Shown piece by piece: positions 1 to 12,335 of a stretch of 64,000 bases of DNA. The translations under genes were made by a program, and so were the position numbers. Origin of the DNA: Hypanus sabinus (Eukaryota); assembly GCF_030144855.1 (NCBI RefSeq), contig NC_082711.1, forward strand, positions 29,140,001-29,204,000, given 5' to 3'. A model generated the notes under the pieces. That model was not told where the DNA came from, searched no databases, and saw only the letters and a list, made by a program, of their open reading frames with translations. Within the stretch, counting starts at the first letter, position 1. The number at the start of each line of letters is the position of its first letter.

Positions 1-3000
1 CAGCACGATAAGGACCTATGGCACCCGTATGGTGCAGCTACAGTTCGGCTCCAGCCGGTTCACGTGGGACTTCATACTGGCCGCCGTAGCCCAACCGCTT
101 CTGGGTGCGAATTTTTTGCGGGCTCACAGCCTGCTAGTCGACCTGCCGAAGCAGAGACTGGTCCACGCCGAGACCTTTCAGACATTCTCCCTGGGAGAAG
201 CCCAGTTGCCAGCCCCACACCTCGACTCCATCACGCTGTCCGACAACGACTTCACCAGAGTCCTGGCGGATTTCCCATCGGTTCTGGCACTGCAGTTCAT
301 GGCAGCCATGCCCCGACACGGCGTACAGCACCACATCCCGAACCAGGGACCACCCCTCCACGCCCGTGCTCGGCAGCTTCCCCCGGACAAGCTCCGACTG
401 GCAAAGGAGGAATTCAAGAGGATGGAGGAATTGGGGATCATCCGGTGGTCCGAAAGCCCATGGGCCTCCCCCCTGCACATGGTGCCCAAAGCGACAGGGG
501 GCTGGAGATCATGCGCGACTACCGCAGGCTGAATGAGGCTACCACACCGGACCGCTACCCTGTGCCGCACATTCAGAACTTTGCAGCAAACCTGCACGGC
601 GCACGGATCTTCTCCAAGGTAGACCTCGTCCGGGGATACCATCAAATCCCGATGCATCCGGAAGACGTCCCCAAAATGGCTCTCATCACCCCATTTTTCG
701 AGTTCCTCTGCATGCCGTTCGGCCTGAAGAATGCTGCACAGACGTTCCAGCGGTTAATGAACGCGGTAGGACGCGACCTGGACTTCGCATTCATCTATTT
801 GGACGACATCCTCATAGCCAGCAGCAGTTGTCAGGAGCAACTGTCCCACCTCCGTCAATACGCCAGACTGAGCGAATACGGTCTAACAATCAACCCGGCC
901 AAATGCCAGTTCGGGCTCAACACCATCGACTTCCTGGGCCACAGGATTACTAAAGACGGAGCAACCCCTCTGCCCGCTAAGGTAGACGCGGTCCGCCATT
1001 TCCCCCGACCCACCACAATCAAAGGCTTTCAGGAATTCGTAGGTATGGTCAATTTCTACCACCGCTTCCTCCCTTCAGCTGCCCGAATCATGCGCCCCCT
1101 ATTCGCCCTGATGTCGGGTCCGGGCAAGGACATTACCTGGGACGAGGAGTCCACCGCCACTTTCATTAAAACGAAAGAAGCCTTGGCGAACGCCGCGATG
1201 CTAGTGCACCCCAGAATGGACGTCCCTACCGCCCTCACAGTGGATGCATCTAACACGGCAGTCGGTGGGGTACTGGAGAAACTCATCGCGGGTCGCTGGC
1301 AACCCCTGGCGTTTTTCAGCAAACACCTGCAGCCACCCGAGCTCAAATACCGTGCTTTCGACCGGGAACTGTTGGCGCTATACCTGGCAATCCGGCATTT
1401 CAGGTACTTCTTAGAAGGTAGGCCCTTCACCGCGTTCACGGACCACAAACCGCTTACCTTTACGTTCACGAAGGTGTCCGACCCCTGGTCATCCCGCCAG
1501 CAGCGCCATCTGTCCTACATCTCTGAATATACGACGGATGTCCGGCACGTCTCGGGTAAGGACAATGTCGTGGCGGACGCGCTCTCTCGCCCTAACATTC
1601 ATGTCCTTTCCCAAGGGGTAGACTTTGAGGCGCTGGCAGAGGCGCAGCAGGCAGACGAGGAGATCCCGAGTTACAGAACCACAGTCTCCAGTTTGCAGCT
1701 CCAGGACCTCCCCGTAGGCCCAGGTGAGAGGACCCTACTCTGTGACGTCGCCACCGGCCAGCCCCGTCCCATCGTCCGGCACCTTGGCGGCGACACGTTT
1801 TCAACTCCATTCATAACTTAGCGCACCCTTCCATCAGGACAACCGTCTGGAAGGTCTCCAGCAGGTTCATTTGGCACAGACTCCGCAAGCAGGTCAGTGA
1901 ATGGGCCAGAGCGTGCATGCACTGCCAGACAGCCAAGGCGCAGCGGCACACCAAAGCTCTGCCGCAGCAGTTCCACCCCACCCACCGGCGTTTCGACCAC
2001 ATTCATGTGGATATCGTGGACCAGTTCATAAGATGGCCAGAGGCGATCCCGCTCACCGATACCACCTCCAAATCTTGCGCCTGGGCACTGATCGCCACCT
2101 GGGTATCCCACTTCGGTGTACCGGCCCACATTACCTCCGACAGAGGCACTCAGTTCATCTCCAGCCTGTGGTCAGCTATGGCCAGCCTTTTGGGGACACA
2201 GCTGCACCACACCACTGCCTACCACCCACAGTCAAACGGCCTGGTGGAGCGTTTCCACCGTCACCTAAAGTCGTCTCTCATGGCCCGCCTGAGAGGAGCT
2301 AACTGGGTGGACGAGCTTCCCTGAGTCCTAATTGGCATCCGCACGGCGCCCAAAGACGATCTGCATGCCTCGTCGGCCAAGTTGGTGTATGGCGCACCCC
2401 TGGTCGTCCCCGGGGAGTTCATACCAGCCCCAAGGGGGCAAGAGGAAGAACCCGCAGCAGTCCTGGGCAGACTACGCGAGAGGCTCGGTGACCTGGCCCA
2501 CCTTACCCACTTCGCAGCATGGCCAGAACCTGACCTGCATAACTGTAAGTTTGTGTTTGTATGAAGGGGGCGGGCATCGGCCACCGCTGCAACGGCCCTA
2601 CGAGGGGCCGTTATGGTGCTCAGGAACAACGGGTCCACGTTCATGCTGGACGTTGGGGGGAGAGAAGAGGTTTTCACGGTGGACTGACTCAAACCTGCCC
2701 ATGTGGACTGGGCGCAACCAGTCAAGTTTCCAGCACCGCGGCACAGAGGCCGACCTCCCATACAGGGTCCAGCCCAGACTGTGGACATTGGGGGGTGTAT
2801 CGCCAGTTTTGGGGGGGGGGGGTTATGTGGCAACCCACTTCCTAGCGCACTCGAACCGGCTCACCAATAGCCAGCCCACCGGCACAAAGGCCAGTCCCAA
2901 AAGGGCTCCATGTCTGCTTCACCAACAAAGGGAAAAGCCTGTGCAGGATTGTGAGTACGTACCCCCACAGCATCCGCGCCCGGGGAGGGCGGGATTAGGG

Positions 3001-3102
3001 AGGCTTTAAAGCAAGGCTGTGAAGTTCGAATAAAATCTTCTTTAACTGCAGTTTACCAACTCCGTGTCATTATTTTAGCGCTGCATGTAGCACACCGCTA
3101 CA
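1..3102 (+). mobile_element. Gypsy/Ty3 LTR retrotransposon (5' part outside window): pol remnant (protease-RT-RNaseH-integrase), PPT and 3' LTR
   Basis: ORFs 29-532, 64-1821 and 1917-2324 give LLGANFL (protease end), [35 protein letters not shown] (RT), VDAS..DRELLA..TDHKPL (RNase H) and ITSDRGTQF..HPQSNGLVERFHR (integrase). Frameshifts are present. G-run PPT at 2811-2822, then LTR TG..CA at 2826-3102. Confidence 0.95.
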
Positions 3103-3989
3103 ATGCCCTAGTTCATATTTTTACTGTTATGCTGTGTATATTTCATTTGGTGAAATGTGAGAGCTGCTTGTTTTCAGCTTGGTCCATTTTCAGCTTATGT
3201 TTGGGTTATTGCTGAAGGCAAGAGATGAGGAGAAATATGCACCACCAAATAGGATGCTCAAATTTAAGGGGAGATTTCTCTGGTGAGGGACACTAAGTTT
3301 GAGCTTGGGTCTTTTTGCTTGAGAGGAGATGAAGAGGGACAACGCTGGAGAGAAGAGATCGTAAGCGTCGACCTGGAGTGGGACCGTGATTTGACGAAGC
3401 CCGGGGCAAGATTGACTGAGGATCGGTGTCTTGGAGGAACTGTGAGCTCCAACTTGTGCACATTATACTGTTTCGTTAAAATAGGCCCTGTTCTTTTCTT
3501 TACTAATCTTTTAGTCAAATTAAGAATAACAAAGATAAATCTTTTAATCGTATGCAGTGGGTGGTCTGTTATTTCGTGGCACTAACTTGTAACAGGGTAG
3601 CAAATTACACTGCATCCATACAAACAAGGGGTTTGGGGTGGGATCGCACCTCAGTCTCACAAGTTTGTTGGGGCCAGAGGTTGACTTCCCTAAATTTATG
3701 CAGCCAAGGAAACCAGGGTGCTTCATAATAAAAACACTTTCTTTATAATTTTATGCAGTGTGCGATCTGTTATCTCTTGCCGACTGGCAATTGTGTACGG
3801 GCAGTTTTTGCTCAAATCGAGGTTTCTTTAATTGGAACATCACAGTGTTCCTGTTTGGTTGAACCCCAAATCATACCAACCCTCGACTTATGTTGTTATG
3901 AAAGGTGGCCTTCTCTCTGCTGAGTCATGGCTGTTAGCAGAGCCATCTAAGAAGCCAAGTTAGCATACGAGCCTGGTAAGGGGGCTACA
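3103..3989. mobile_element. probable second LTR-type repeat adjoining the Gypsy 3' LTR
   Basis: Non-coding block ending in GGGGGCTACA, an LTR-like terminus. No TSD or partner end visible in the window. Confidence 0.3.
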
Positions 3990-4495
3990 ACAGTTTTCTT
4001 CAATATAATTAAAGTTTAAGTAACAGTTATGAAAAGGTAAATGATAATGGCTGAAGTATCTTTCTACTACATTAGCCAGTTCTTTCCTAAAAAACACAAA
4101 AGATTCTACATATACTAGAAACCTAGAGTAACACACACAGAATGTTGGAGGAACTCAAGTCAGGCAGCACCTATGAAAAGGAAAAAACGGTTGACATTTT
4201 GGATCAAGACCCATCATCAGAATTGGAAAGAAAAGGGGAAGTGCCCCTTCCTGTCCAGTCCTAATGAAGGGCTAAATCTTCAAATGCCTACTTTCTTAAA
4301 ATGCAGATGTGATCACTGTTGCTAAATTTACAAAGGAAAAAAAAGTAGTAATCAGATAACACAAAGAAACTCTGGAATAATTAACATAATGCAAAATTTT
4401 ATGACTTGAATTTCTCAAAGCTCTCTTTTTTTATAAATTACTGAATAAATCAATCAATTCACTACCATCCTATGTCCCGAATATTATGTACATAC

Positions 4496-4590
4496 TTAGG
4501 AAAGAAAGTTAACTGGTTCTTAATGGTCCCGTGGATCATTTTGACGAATTCCACATCCCAGCTGAACAAAAAGCTTAGGAAACGCCTTCC
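4496..4590 (-). CDS. NCAPG2: Condensin-2 complex subunit G2, coding exon 6 (probable exon 7)
   Basis: AG|GRRFLSFLFSWDVEFVKMIHGTIKNQLTFFP(K)|GTATGT. Resembles human GRRFLSCLFNWNINFIKMIHGTIKNQL. 95 nt. Confidence 0.95.
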
Positions 4591-5418
4591 CTAAGAGGAA
4601 AAAAATAATTTAAATGTACAATTAAAGTCTCCATGCTCCATACTGATGTTATATTTGAGTGCAACTTCAAAAGCAAAACATAGAATTATGTATAAAATGA
4701 TACATATTTAAAACTCTGCTCATTTTACTTAAATGTCATTCCCATTCCTTAAATCATAAATATATGGAGGCTCCAATGTGGCAGTATGATTAAGTACCCT
4801 TACCATTGAGAACATGCCCTCCTCTCATTACTAACATCCGGAAGGAGGTACAGGAGCCTGAAGAACTATATTCAATGTTTTAGGAACTGCTTCTTTCTCT
4901 CTGCCATGAGATTTCTGAATGTTCCATGAACCCATGAATACTGCCTTGCTACTCCTCTTTTGCACTATTATTTTTTATTATTGTAACTTAGTGATTACAT
5001 ATTGCACTGCACTGCTGCCACAAAACAATAAATATCAGTGATAATAAATCTAATTCTGATATACTGTGTGAAGAGGATTCTGATTCTGAAATGAGATAAT
5101 CCTTCATATTCCAAGTCTTCATGTCTGAACACATATTGCAGTACATAGTGTTCATGGAACAGTAGTCATGGACAACCTAAAACTGAACAACCATTTTCAA
5201 GAATCTGCTCCAACAATCAGCCATCAGTCAGACAACTACTGATGAATCCTAGTGTGGCACACATTCTACTGTTGTAAAAACAAACAAACGTTTGTAAATC
5301 AAATTTAATAACTTATTGAATAATGAACAGAATGGAATTTCTTAATTGGAAATGCAGCCAGACAGTGCTTCATAGCTCGAAACAGCATGAAATCATGCAA
5401 TATTATTCCTTCACTTAC

Positions 5419-5553
5419 CTCTTCTTTTTTTATGTGGGCAATACTCATGAAGCACTGAAGTAGAGCATCCTTCACTTCATTACTGGCCTCTGAATTAAAC
5501 TCAAAACTTTCCAAAGCTTGATGGAACTGCCAGAGTCGAACTATATCGGCATT
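5419..5553 (-). CDS. NCAPG2: Condensin-2 complex subunit G2, coding exon 5
   Basis: AG|NADIVRLWQFHQALESFEFNSEASNEVKDALLQCFMSIAHIKKEE|GTAAGT. 135 nt, phase 0-0. Resembles human ADVCRLWRIHQAL..IKKEE. Confidence 0.95.
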
Positions 5554-6443
5554 CTGTGCATGATCAAGTGGAAGAGAAAGCAACATTTAATTACTGTACT
5601 GACATCTAAGAACCACAAAAAATAATGAAGAGAAAATTTAAGTAATGTTTTATGTAATGAACAAAGGGAACACACTGAAAATTTTGGCATATCAAAGCAG
5701 AGGCTCACAAACTTTACATTTTATGAGTCACGGCATTTATTCACCTATAAAGACAAATCAAACAAGTAAATAAAGTCATGGTAATATCAGGAATTCCTGC
5801 AGTCGGGAAGTCTAGGATCAGAAAACAAAGCCTCAGAATACAAGGACATCCCTTTAGATGAGGATTTCCTTTAGCAGGAGGGTAGTGAAACTGTGGAAGT
5901 CATTGACACAGACAGTTGTGGAGACCAGTTATTAGTTATTTTTAAAAACAAATGTTGATAAGTTCTTGATTAACAAAAGCATCAAAGGTTCCAGGGAGAA
6001 TGCAAAAGAATGGGGTTGAAAGACATAATAAACCAGCAATGATGGAATAGTGGAACAGACTCGTTGGGCCAAATGGCCTAAATATACTCCTATATCTTAA
6101 GCCCTTACAATCTAAAGATTAAAGACAAAGAGTCCAACACCAAAGAATAGAACAGAAATATGTCAGAAGATAAGCACAGCTCTTGTATGAAAAAAGACAT
6201 TTTGGGGATAATGAAAAGTCAGTTAAGAAAAAGAAATAGCTTGAAAGAATAAGATAAACTTCAAGCACAGAGAACAATCTGTAGGAACCAAGCAGAGAAA
6301 GAAGTAACATAATTACAGCAAGAGAGATAGGGAGCCATGTAATGACTTCTCTTTTCTTTCTCATGAGAACTATCTGATAACAGTGGAAGGAATACATTAA
6401 TATTCAGTAAAATTCATGCTCAGAACAATAAATGTTAACATAC

Positions 6444-6601
6444 CGAGAATTTTGCCATCAAGCTTTTCTCCAACAACATAATGAAGACTGTTTTCCCCAG
6501 TTCGTCTTTCCCTTCCAATCCTTTCTCCCACCAAGCCTCAAACAAATGCTGGATTGTAATTTTCAACACTCCTTGGTGTGTTGGCAATGCTGGCATAATG
6601 C
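6444..6601 (-). CDS. NCAPG2: Condensin-2 complex subunit G2, coding exon 4
   Basis: AG|(G)IMPALPTHQGVLKITIQHLFEAWWEKGLEGKDELGKTVFIMLLEKSLMAKFS|GTATGT. WWEKGL motif as in human. 158 nt, phase 1-0. Confidence 0.95.
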
Positions 6602-7039
6602 CTAAAAAGAATAAAATCAAACTGCTATCAAAAGATTTTATAAATACTGCAGATTTATTGGTTTTTGCCACCCTTTCAAAATTTTGAAAAGATACAAATA
6701 ATAACTTGGAACTATTCTCTCTCATCTTTCCCTCTGCCATCCGATTCCTAAATGGACGTTGAACCCTTAAACACTATCTCACTTTTTAATACATATTATT
6801 TATTTTTTGCACGATTTTAAATCTATTCAATATATGTATACAGTAATTGATTTACTTATTTATTATTATTATTTTTCTCTTATATCTTGCATTGAAATCC
6901 TGCTGCTAAGTTAACAAATGTCATGACAAGCACCGGTGATAATAAACATAATTTTAACTAAAATTTGTATTTATTCACAGGGCTACATTTTCTTAGTCAA
7001 ATCATATAAAGTCCTTATATATCCACAGGCAAGATTATG

Positions 7040-8255
7040 GCTGCACATCTGCTCAGTTAATAGAGCTTCTGCTTCACAGCTCCAACACAACAGGTTCAAT
7101 CCTGACCTTCAATTCTACGTGGAGTTTGTTAGTACAGGTTGACCTTCAATAATCCAACTACCTGTAATCCAGTTCCTTTGAAAATCCGGCACTGATTTCA
7201 AATTTCCCGTGCAACTGTAATTTCAAATTTCCCAGGCCACCATACCAATCTGCTGCGCATTGTTTTAGTTGCGCTAGAACTGTTCACGTGTTGGCACGCT
7301 CTTGAAAGCACAGACAGGTGATTCCAGCTCGTTTTCCTGCATTTATTAATATCATTTGCGTAAGGCGCAGCCACCCGGCACCCACCTGTGGTGGGGGAGC
7401 TAGCGCACGCTGGGTTGGTCTGCCTTCTCGCCCGCCTGCAGGCAGTCGCACACTATCCTCCAGCATCTCCCGGCCGGCGCTCCGTTCTCTTCTGCCTACG
7501 ACCTCAGATCAGATATGGCAACCCACTGAATTTCAGCATATTACTAAGCAGAGGAAAAGAAACTAACGAGGATTCCCTCAGTAACTGAGAGTGAAGAGGG
7601 AAGAGCCCAGCGCCAAATCCCCAGCCGCCTGGCGGTCATGTGAAATGTGGCATATAGAAGACCTCCTTTCTCCAACTTCTGCTTCTGCTCACCCAGATGT
7701 GCTGCCACCAACATCAACAGTTTTTGAAGAAACCGTTGAACCAGTTTCAGCACCAGTTCCCGAGGCTTCACTCATTTTTCAAGATGAAGATGTTGATGAT
7801 CCTGACAACCCCACACTAGCAGACATGTAACTTTGCCTGAAGGTATATTAAATGTCTCACTTTAGAAGCAGAAGTACTCAACTGTTTTGTTTGTTAATTC
7901 CTGTACATTTACCTGTACCTTTTATTTTATCTTGCCTATACAGTATATTATTCTATTAAAATTTCGCTTGCTACTCATGTAATATTTTTGTTTCATTATT
8001 ATCTAACGTACTGATTTACATGATATTTTAAAGGTATGATGAGGCGGTTAGCTATTGCTTAATGTGATCCCTCTGTAATTCGGCATTTTCACTAATCCGG
8101 CACTCCTCAGGTCCCAATCGTGCCGGATTATAGAAGGTTGACCTGTATTCCTTGACTGCATTCTTTGACTACATGGATGCTCTCATTTCCTCCCACATGC
8201 TGAAGATGTACAGGTTAGTCCGTTAACTGCCACTAAATTGCCCAATGCACAGGCA
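7040..8255 (+). mobile_element. degenerate tRNA-derived V-SINE/HE1-like SINE interrupted by a DNA transposon
   Basis: B-box-like GGTTCAATCC, then GTGGAGTTTG. After the insertion it resumes with TTTCCTCCCACA..GTACAGGTTAG..TAAATTGCCC, typical of the V-domain. Confidence 0.6.
7135..8145. mobile_element. non-autonomous Tc1/mariner-superfamily (Tigger/pogo-like) DNA transposon
   Basis: TIRs CAGGTTGACCTTCAATAATCC and (revcomp) CAGGTCAACCTTCTATAATCC. TA at both flanks (7133-34, 8146-47). Subterminal AATCCGGCAC repeats. Confidence 0.85.
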
Positions 8256-9027
8256 AATGGTAGAGCATTGGGGAACTTGAAATGAGAACAACTTAAAAAG
8301 GAAATTAGTGGGGATCTGAAAAGCTCTTCGAGCCACCATGGACTCAACAGACCAAAACAGACTGATAACTCTGATGGAAATACAAAACACCAAAAGTGTT
8401 TAAGGATCAACCAGTCTATGGCCATTAAGGCCACAGGAACAGTAATAACAAAGGACTCAGATTACAATTGAAAATGAACACACTGGAACATGAGATGAGA
8501 ATACACAGAACAAGGTTGTTTTGGGTCTGGTAAATGCAAAAACAGGAGGCATTCTTGTACAATTCAATCAAATATACAGTACATCATCTTAATGATTTAA
8601 CTCCTTTCAACAAGGTTTAATTATCTTCTAAATTAATGGCCCATAACCTCCAATTCATTCCCAAGAAATACTAATGGGAATCATGTTTTATTTTAATCAT
8701 AAATAACCAGTAATATTTAAGGTTTTTGCTGTGTTGTCACCGTCTCCTCATTGATACACTTCAAACATCTCCAGAGCTACTTTCCACCTTGCCAATGACT
8801 TCAACATTTCCCATACAACAGAAAATACGGGGAACACTTAAGACATCCTGCAGCATTTACTGCAAGAAAAAGAGAACATTTTGTCATCAGAGCTGATGAA
8901 AGGACATCAATCTGAAGCATTAACTGTTTTCTCTTGAAAGATGCTTTGAGAACTTTCAACATTGGTTATTTTATTTTTATCTAGCACTCTTAAGTATTTT
9001 TTTAATGTTTGTTCTTTCCTTAAGAAA

Positions 9028-9561
9028 GGGCGTGGTAGTGGGTATAAGCTCTCACTACCTATCACATACCTACCAACAGCATGCACCTCAAATAGCCTCT
9101 GACAACCAAGTCCAGCTCCTGGCCTTCACGTGTTACTTAGCTTCTAAGACCGTAGGAACAGTTTCCACTGACAGGAGAACAGGCAAAGATGGGTTACTGG
9201 AACCTTTAAAACAATCGCTTCAGGCAAATGAGGCTTGTCAGCCTTGGTTCACAGCACATCTGGAAGGAAAGCTCCGATCTCAAACCTCTGCTGCCTTGCA
9301 GCTATAGCTACTCATGGTGAAGGCTTTGGGGGTAAACCTAGATGGAAAATCTGACTGGCAGCTTCTGCGACACGAGTGCCAAACTGCTACTGTCTCTGCC
9401 ATTCCTTCGAGTTCATCTGCTGTGTGGAGAGGGGAAGCCAGTTGCATGGTCAACAGCTTGCTCTCCATATCCTACTGCCCTGGCTTGCATACTGCCTGGC
9501 TTATCATATAGACTGCTAGCACACAACATCCATTGTCAACCTCGACCAAGGTAGGGGCCTC
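9028..9561 (+). mobile_element. short non-autonomous retroelement, probably RTE-derived
   Basis: A second diverged copy lies on the minus strand at 29893-30361, sharing CCTCAAATAGCCTCTGACAAC and GGGTTACTGG blocks. The 3' end is shared with the SINE at 18902-19201. Confidence 0.6.
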
Positions 9562-11044
9562 CGAAAACATTAAATACACAATCAAAAGATATATCTACAA
9601 TTTTTTAAATAAATTGTTCACTCCCAACTTATAGGAAGGCAAACCTTGCTAAGCTTCCCAGGTCAGGAAGCTAGATACATTTCCTCCTTGTTTACAGTCT
9701 GTAATCATCATGCTGCTCTGCATCAGCTTTAAGCGGTAACTTCCCCCAAGTTCAAGTAAACATGCCCATCTCTCACAAGAGAAAAGTCCGTGAGGGAGGC
9801 CACAGGATTTGGGAGATGACTGAAATTCGAAACTTCAAAAATAAAGAAAGGTGATTAATGCAAAATTCGTTTAAATGGACAATTGATGGTCTGCCCAGAC
9901 TCAATGAGTTGAAGGGCTTGTTGTCGGGCTGAGTTCTACTTTTCTATGATTCTGACCCGCTTATTATTTACAGCAAGGGCTGGTTGGGTGGCATATAGCT
10001 TTGGCATCATAGGCTGCCTATCCAGTTTTAAGTGAAGTCTTTTCTATCAGTTGGAAAGTTTGAATAGAACTGTGGGGAAACAAGTCTTGTGGATACAGAT
10101 GGAGGTTAGATCACTACCACAAGCAAAGAAAGAAACTTAAGACTTCAAGTAAACTGACAGCTACTCGAATGTCTACTTGGAATGCAACTTTCCTTTTGAG
10201 AGCGGTGGATGGTAAAGGTTTACTACAGATATTGATGTCAGAGAAGTAGAGAGACATCCAATCATCAAACAACTCCTGCAAGGAGTTCAGGAATCAAAAC
10301 CTGAAAGTGGAGAAATACTGTCCTCACGATCACTGCAATTTGTTATTAGGATTTCATCATCAGACAATGACTGGCTGAGTAAAACTGGCATTTTGTGATA
10401 TGAAGGGATAATAGAGAAGTGGGATGTATCTTGTGGGTGGTGTACAAGTGATCCAATCTCATAGCTCATATTTTTCTGAGCACATTATGTGTATGACTGT
10501 ACCAATAATGAGGCATAAAATGGAAATCACTAAGTTTTTTTATCCCCACATAGGAACTCAAAAATACCAAAGACAACTGGAAATCAAACAGAAATTGTTG
10601 TAAAGGGATAAAATCTTTAACAACTTCTGTATGTGAATTTGCAGCAGGTTGTATATCCAATTTAGTATCAAATGATTACATACTTTAAAATTTACCTCAG
10701 TTAATTCAACACTGGCCTTTCACAAATAGATAATAGGCAGCATTACGTTCAACCCAGCCCATGTTTCCCATAGTTCTCAATAACAGAGGCAATGCTGCTG
10801 CAGCTTATGTGTTCAGTAGGCTTTACCCCACTCGCTGGGAGGTGAACCAATAATTGTTTAGAAACATCTAAGCAAAAATAAGAAAAAATTTGAAAACTTT
10901 TACATCATATTATATCTAATAGTAATAAATGTTGATGTTAATAAATGTCAAATTTTGAGAATTTTCTCAACACAGCTTCACTTATTTTTAAAGAACATTA
11001 ATGCTAAATACGATAGACATGTTTGAGGTAAAGATAAAGCATGA

Positions 11045-12335
11045 GTCATGCACCCATGCTGAACTCATCAATTTTATCAACTTTACCTCTAGTTTCCACC
11101 CTGCTCTGAAATTCACTTGGGCCATTGCTGACACCTATCTCTGCTTTCTCAATCTCTCTGTCTCCATCTCTGGAGACAACTTGTCATTCAACTTCTTTTA
11201 AAAACCTACCAATTCCCACGGTTACCTTGACTATACCGCTTCCCATCCTGTCTCCTGTAAAACTGCTATTCCATTTTCTCATTTCCTTCGCCTCTGCCTC
11301 ATCTGTTCCCAGGATGTAACCTTTCTTTCCAGTATATCAGAGATGCCTTCCTTTTTTGGAGTATAACGGTTTCCTTTCCTCCACCTCTGATGCTGCCCTC
11401 ATCTACATCTCCTCTATTTCCTGAACATCCGTGCTCACCCTATCTTCCTGCCGCATTAACAGTGATAAGAGCTCCTCGACCCATGATTCTCTGCATCCAA
11501 CACACTATCCTCCGCAACTTCTGCCATCTCCAAAGGGATCCTACCACTAAATATCCACTTTCCGGAGGGATCACTTCCTCAGCGATTCCCTTTTCCATAT
11601 GTCCCTCCCCACTAATCTCCACCCTGGCACTTATCCCTTCAAGAGGCCTCAGTGCTATACCTGCCCATTCACTTCTTCCCATTCAGGGTCCCAAACAGTC
11701 TTTCCTGGTGAGGCAACACTTCATCTGCAAATCTGCTGAGATCGTCCATTGTGTCCAGTGCTCCTGATGCGACCTCCTTTACGATGGTGAGACCCTTCAT
11801 CAAGCGCCTCTGCTCCATCCGCCAAAAGCATTGGTGGCCAAACATTTTAATTCCAATTCCCATTCCGAAATGTTGGACCAGGCCTTGCTCTTGTGCCAAA
11901 ATGAGGCCACCCTTAGGGTGGAGCAACAACACCTTATGTTCGTCTGAGTAGCCTCCAACTTGATGGCATGACTATCGATTTCTCCTTATAGTAATTTTTT
12001 CCCCTTCCCCTCTCCTATTTCCCACTCAGGCCTTTTACCTCTTCTCACCTGACTATCACTTCCTTGGCTCTCCCCCTCCTTCCCTTTCTCCTATAGCCCA
12101 CTCTCCTCTCCTATCAAATTCCTTCTTCTCCAGCCCTTTCCCACCACATGGCTTCACCTATCACCTTGTAGCTAGCCTCCTTCCCACTGTTGTCTTCCCA
12201 CTCCAATTCAGTCCTGAAGAAGAGCCTTAGCCCAAAATATCAACTGTTTATTCATTTCTATAAATGACCTGCTAAGTTCCTTGAGCACTGTGTATGTTGC
12301 TTTGGATTTCTAGCATCTGCAGACTTTCTTGTGTT
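11045..12335 (+). mobile_element. Penelope-like element 3' fragment (RT C-terminus, GIY-YIG) with terminal repeat carrying a degenerate hammerhead
   Basis: FHPALKFTW..FL.LSVSI, HGYLDY.ASHP.SCK.AIPFS.FLRL, FICKSAEIVHCVQCS..LY.GET. Pyrimidine-rich tail, then CAGTC-CTGAAGA..AAAAT-ATC-AACTG at ~12209-12247. Confidence 0.85.

Noticed and set aside
134-2833. Antisense and alternative-frame ORFs over the Gypsy element
   Set aside because: By-products of GC-rich pol sequence, with no independent motifs.
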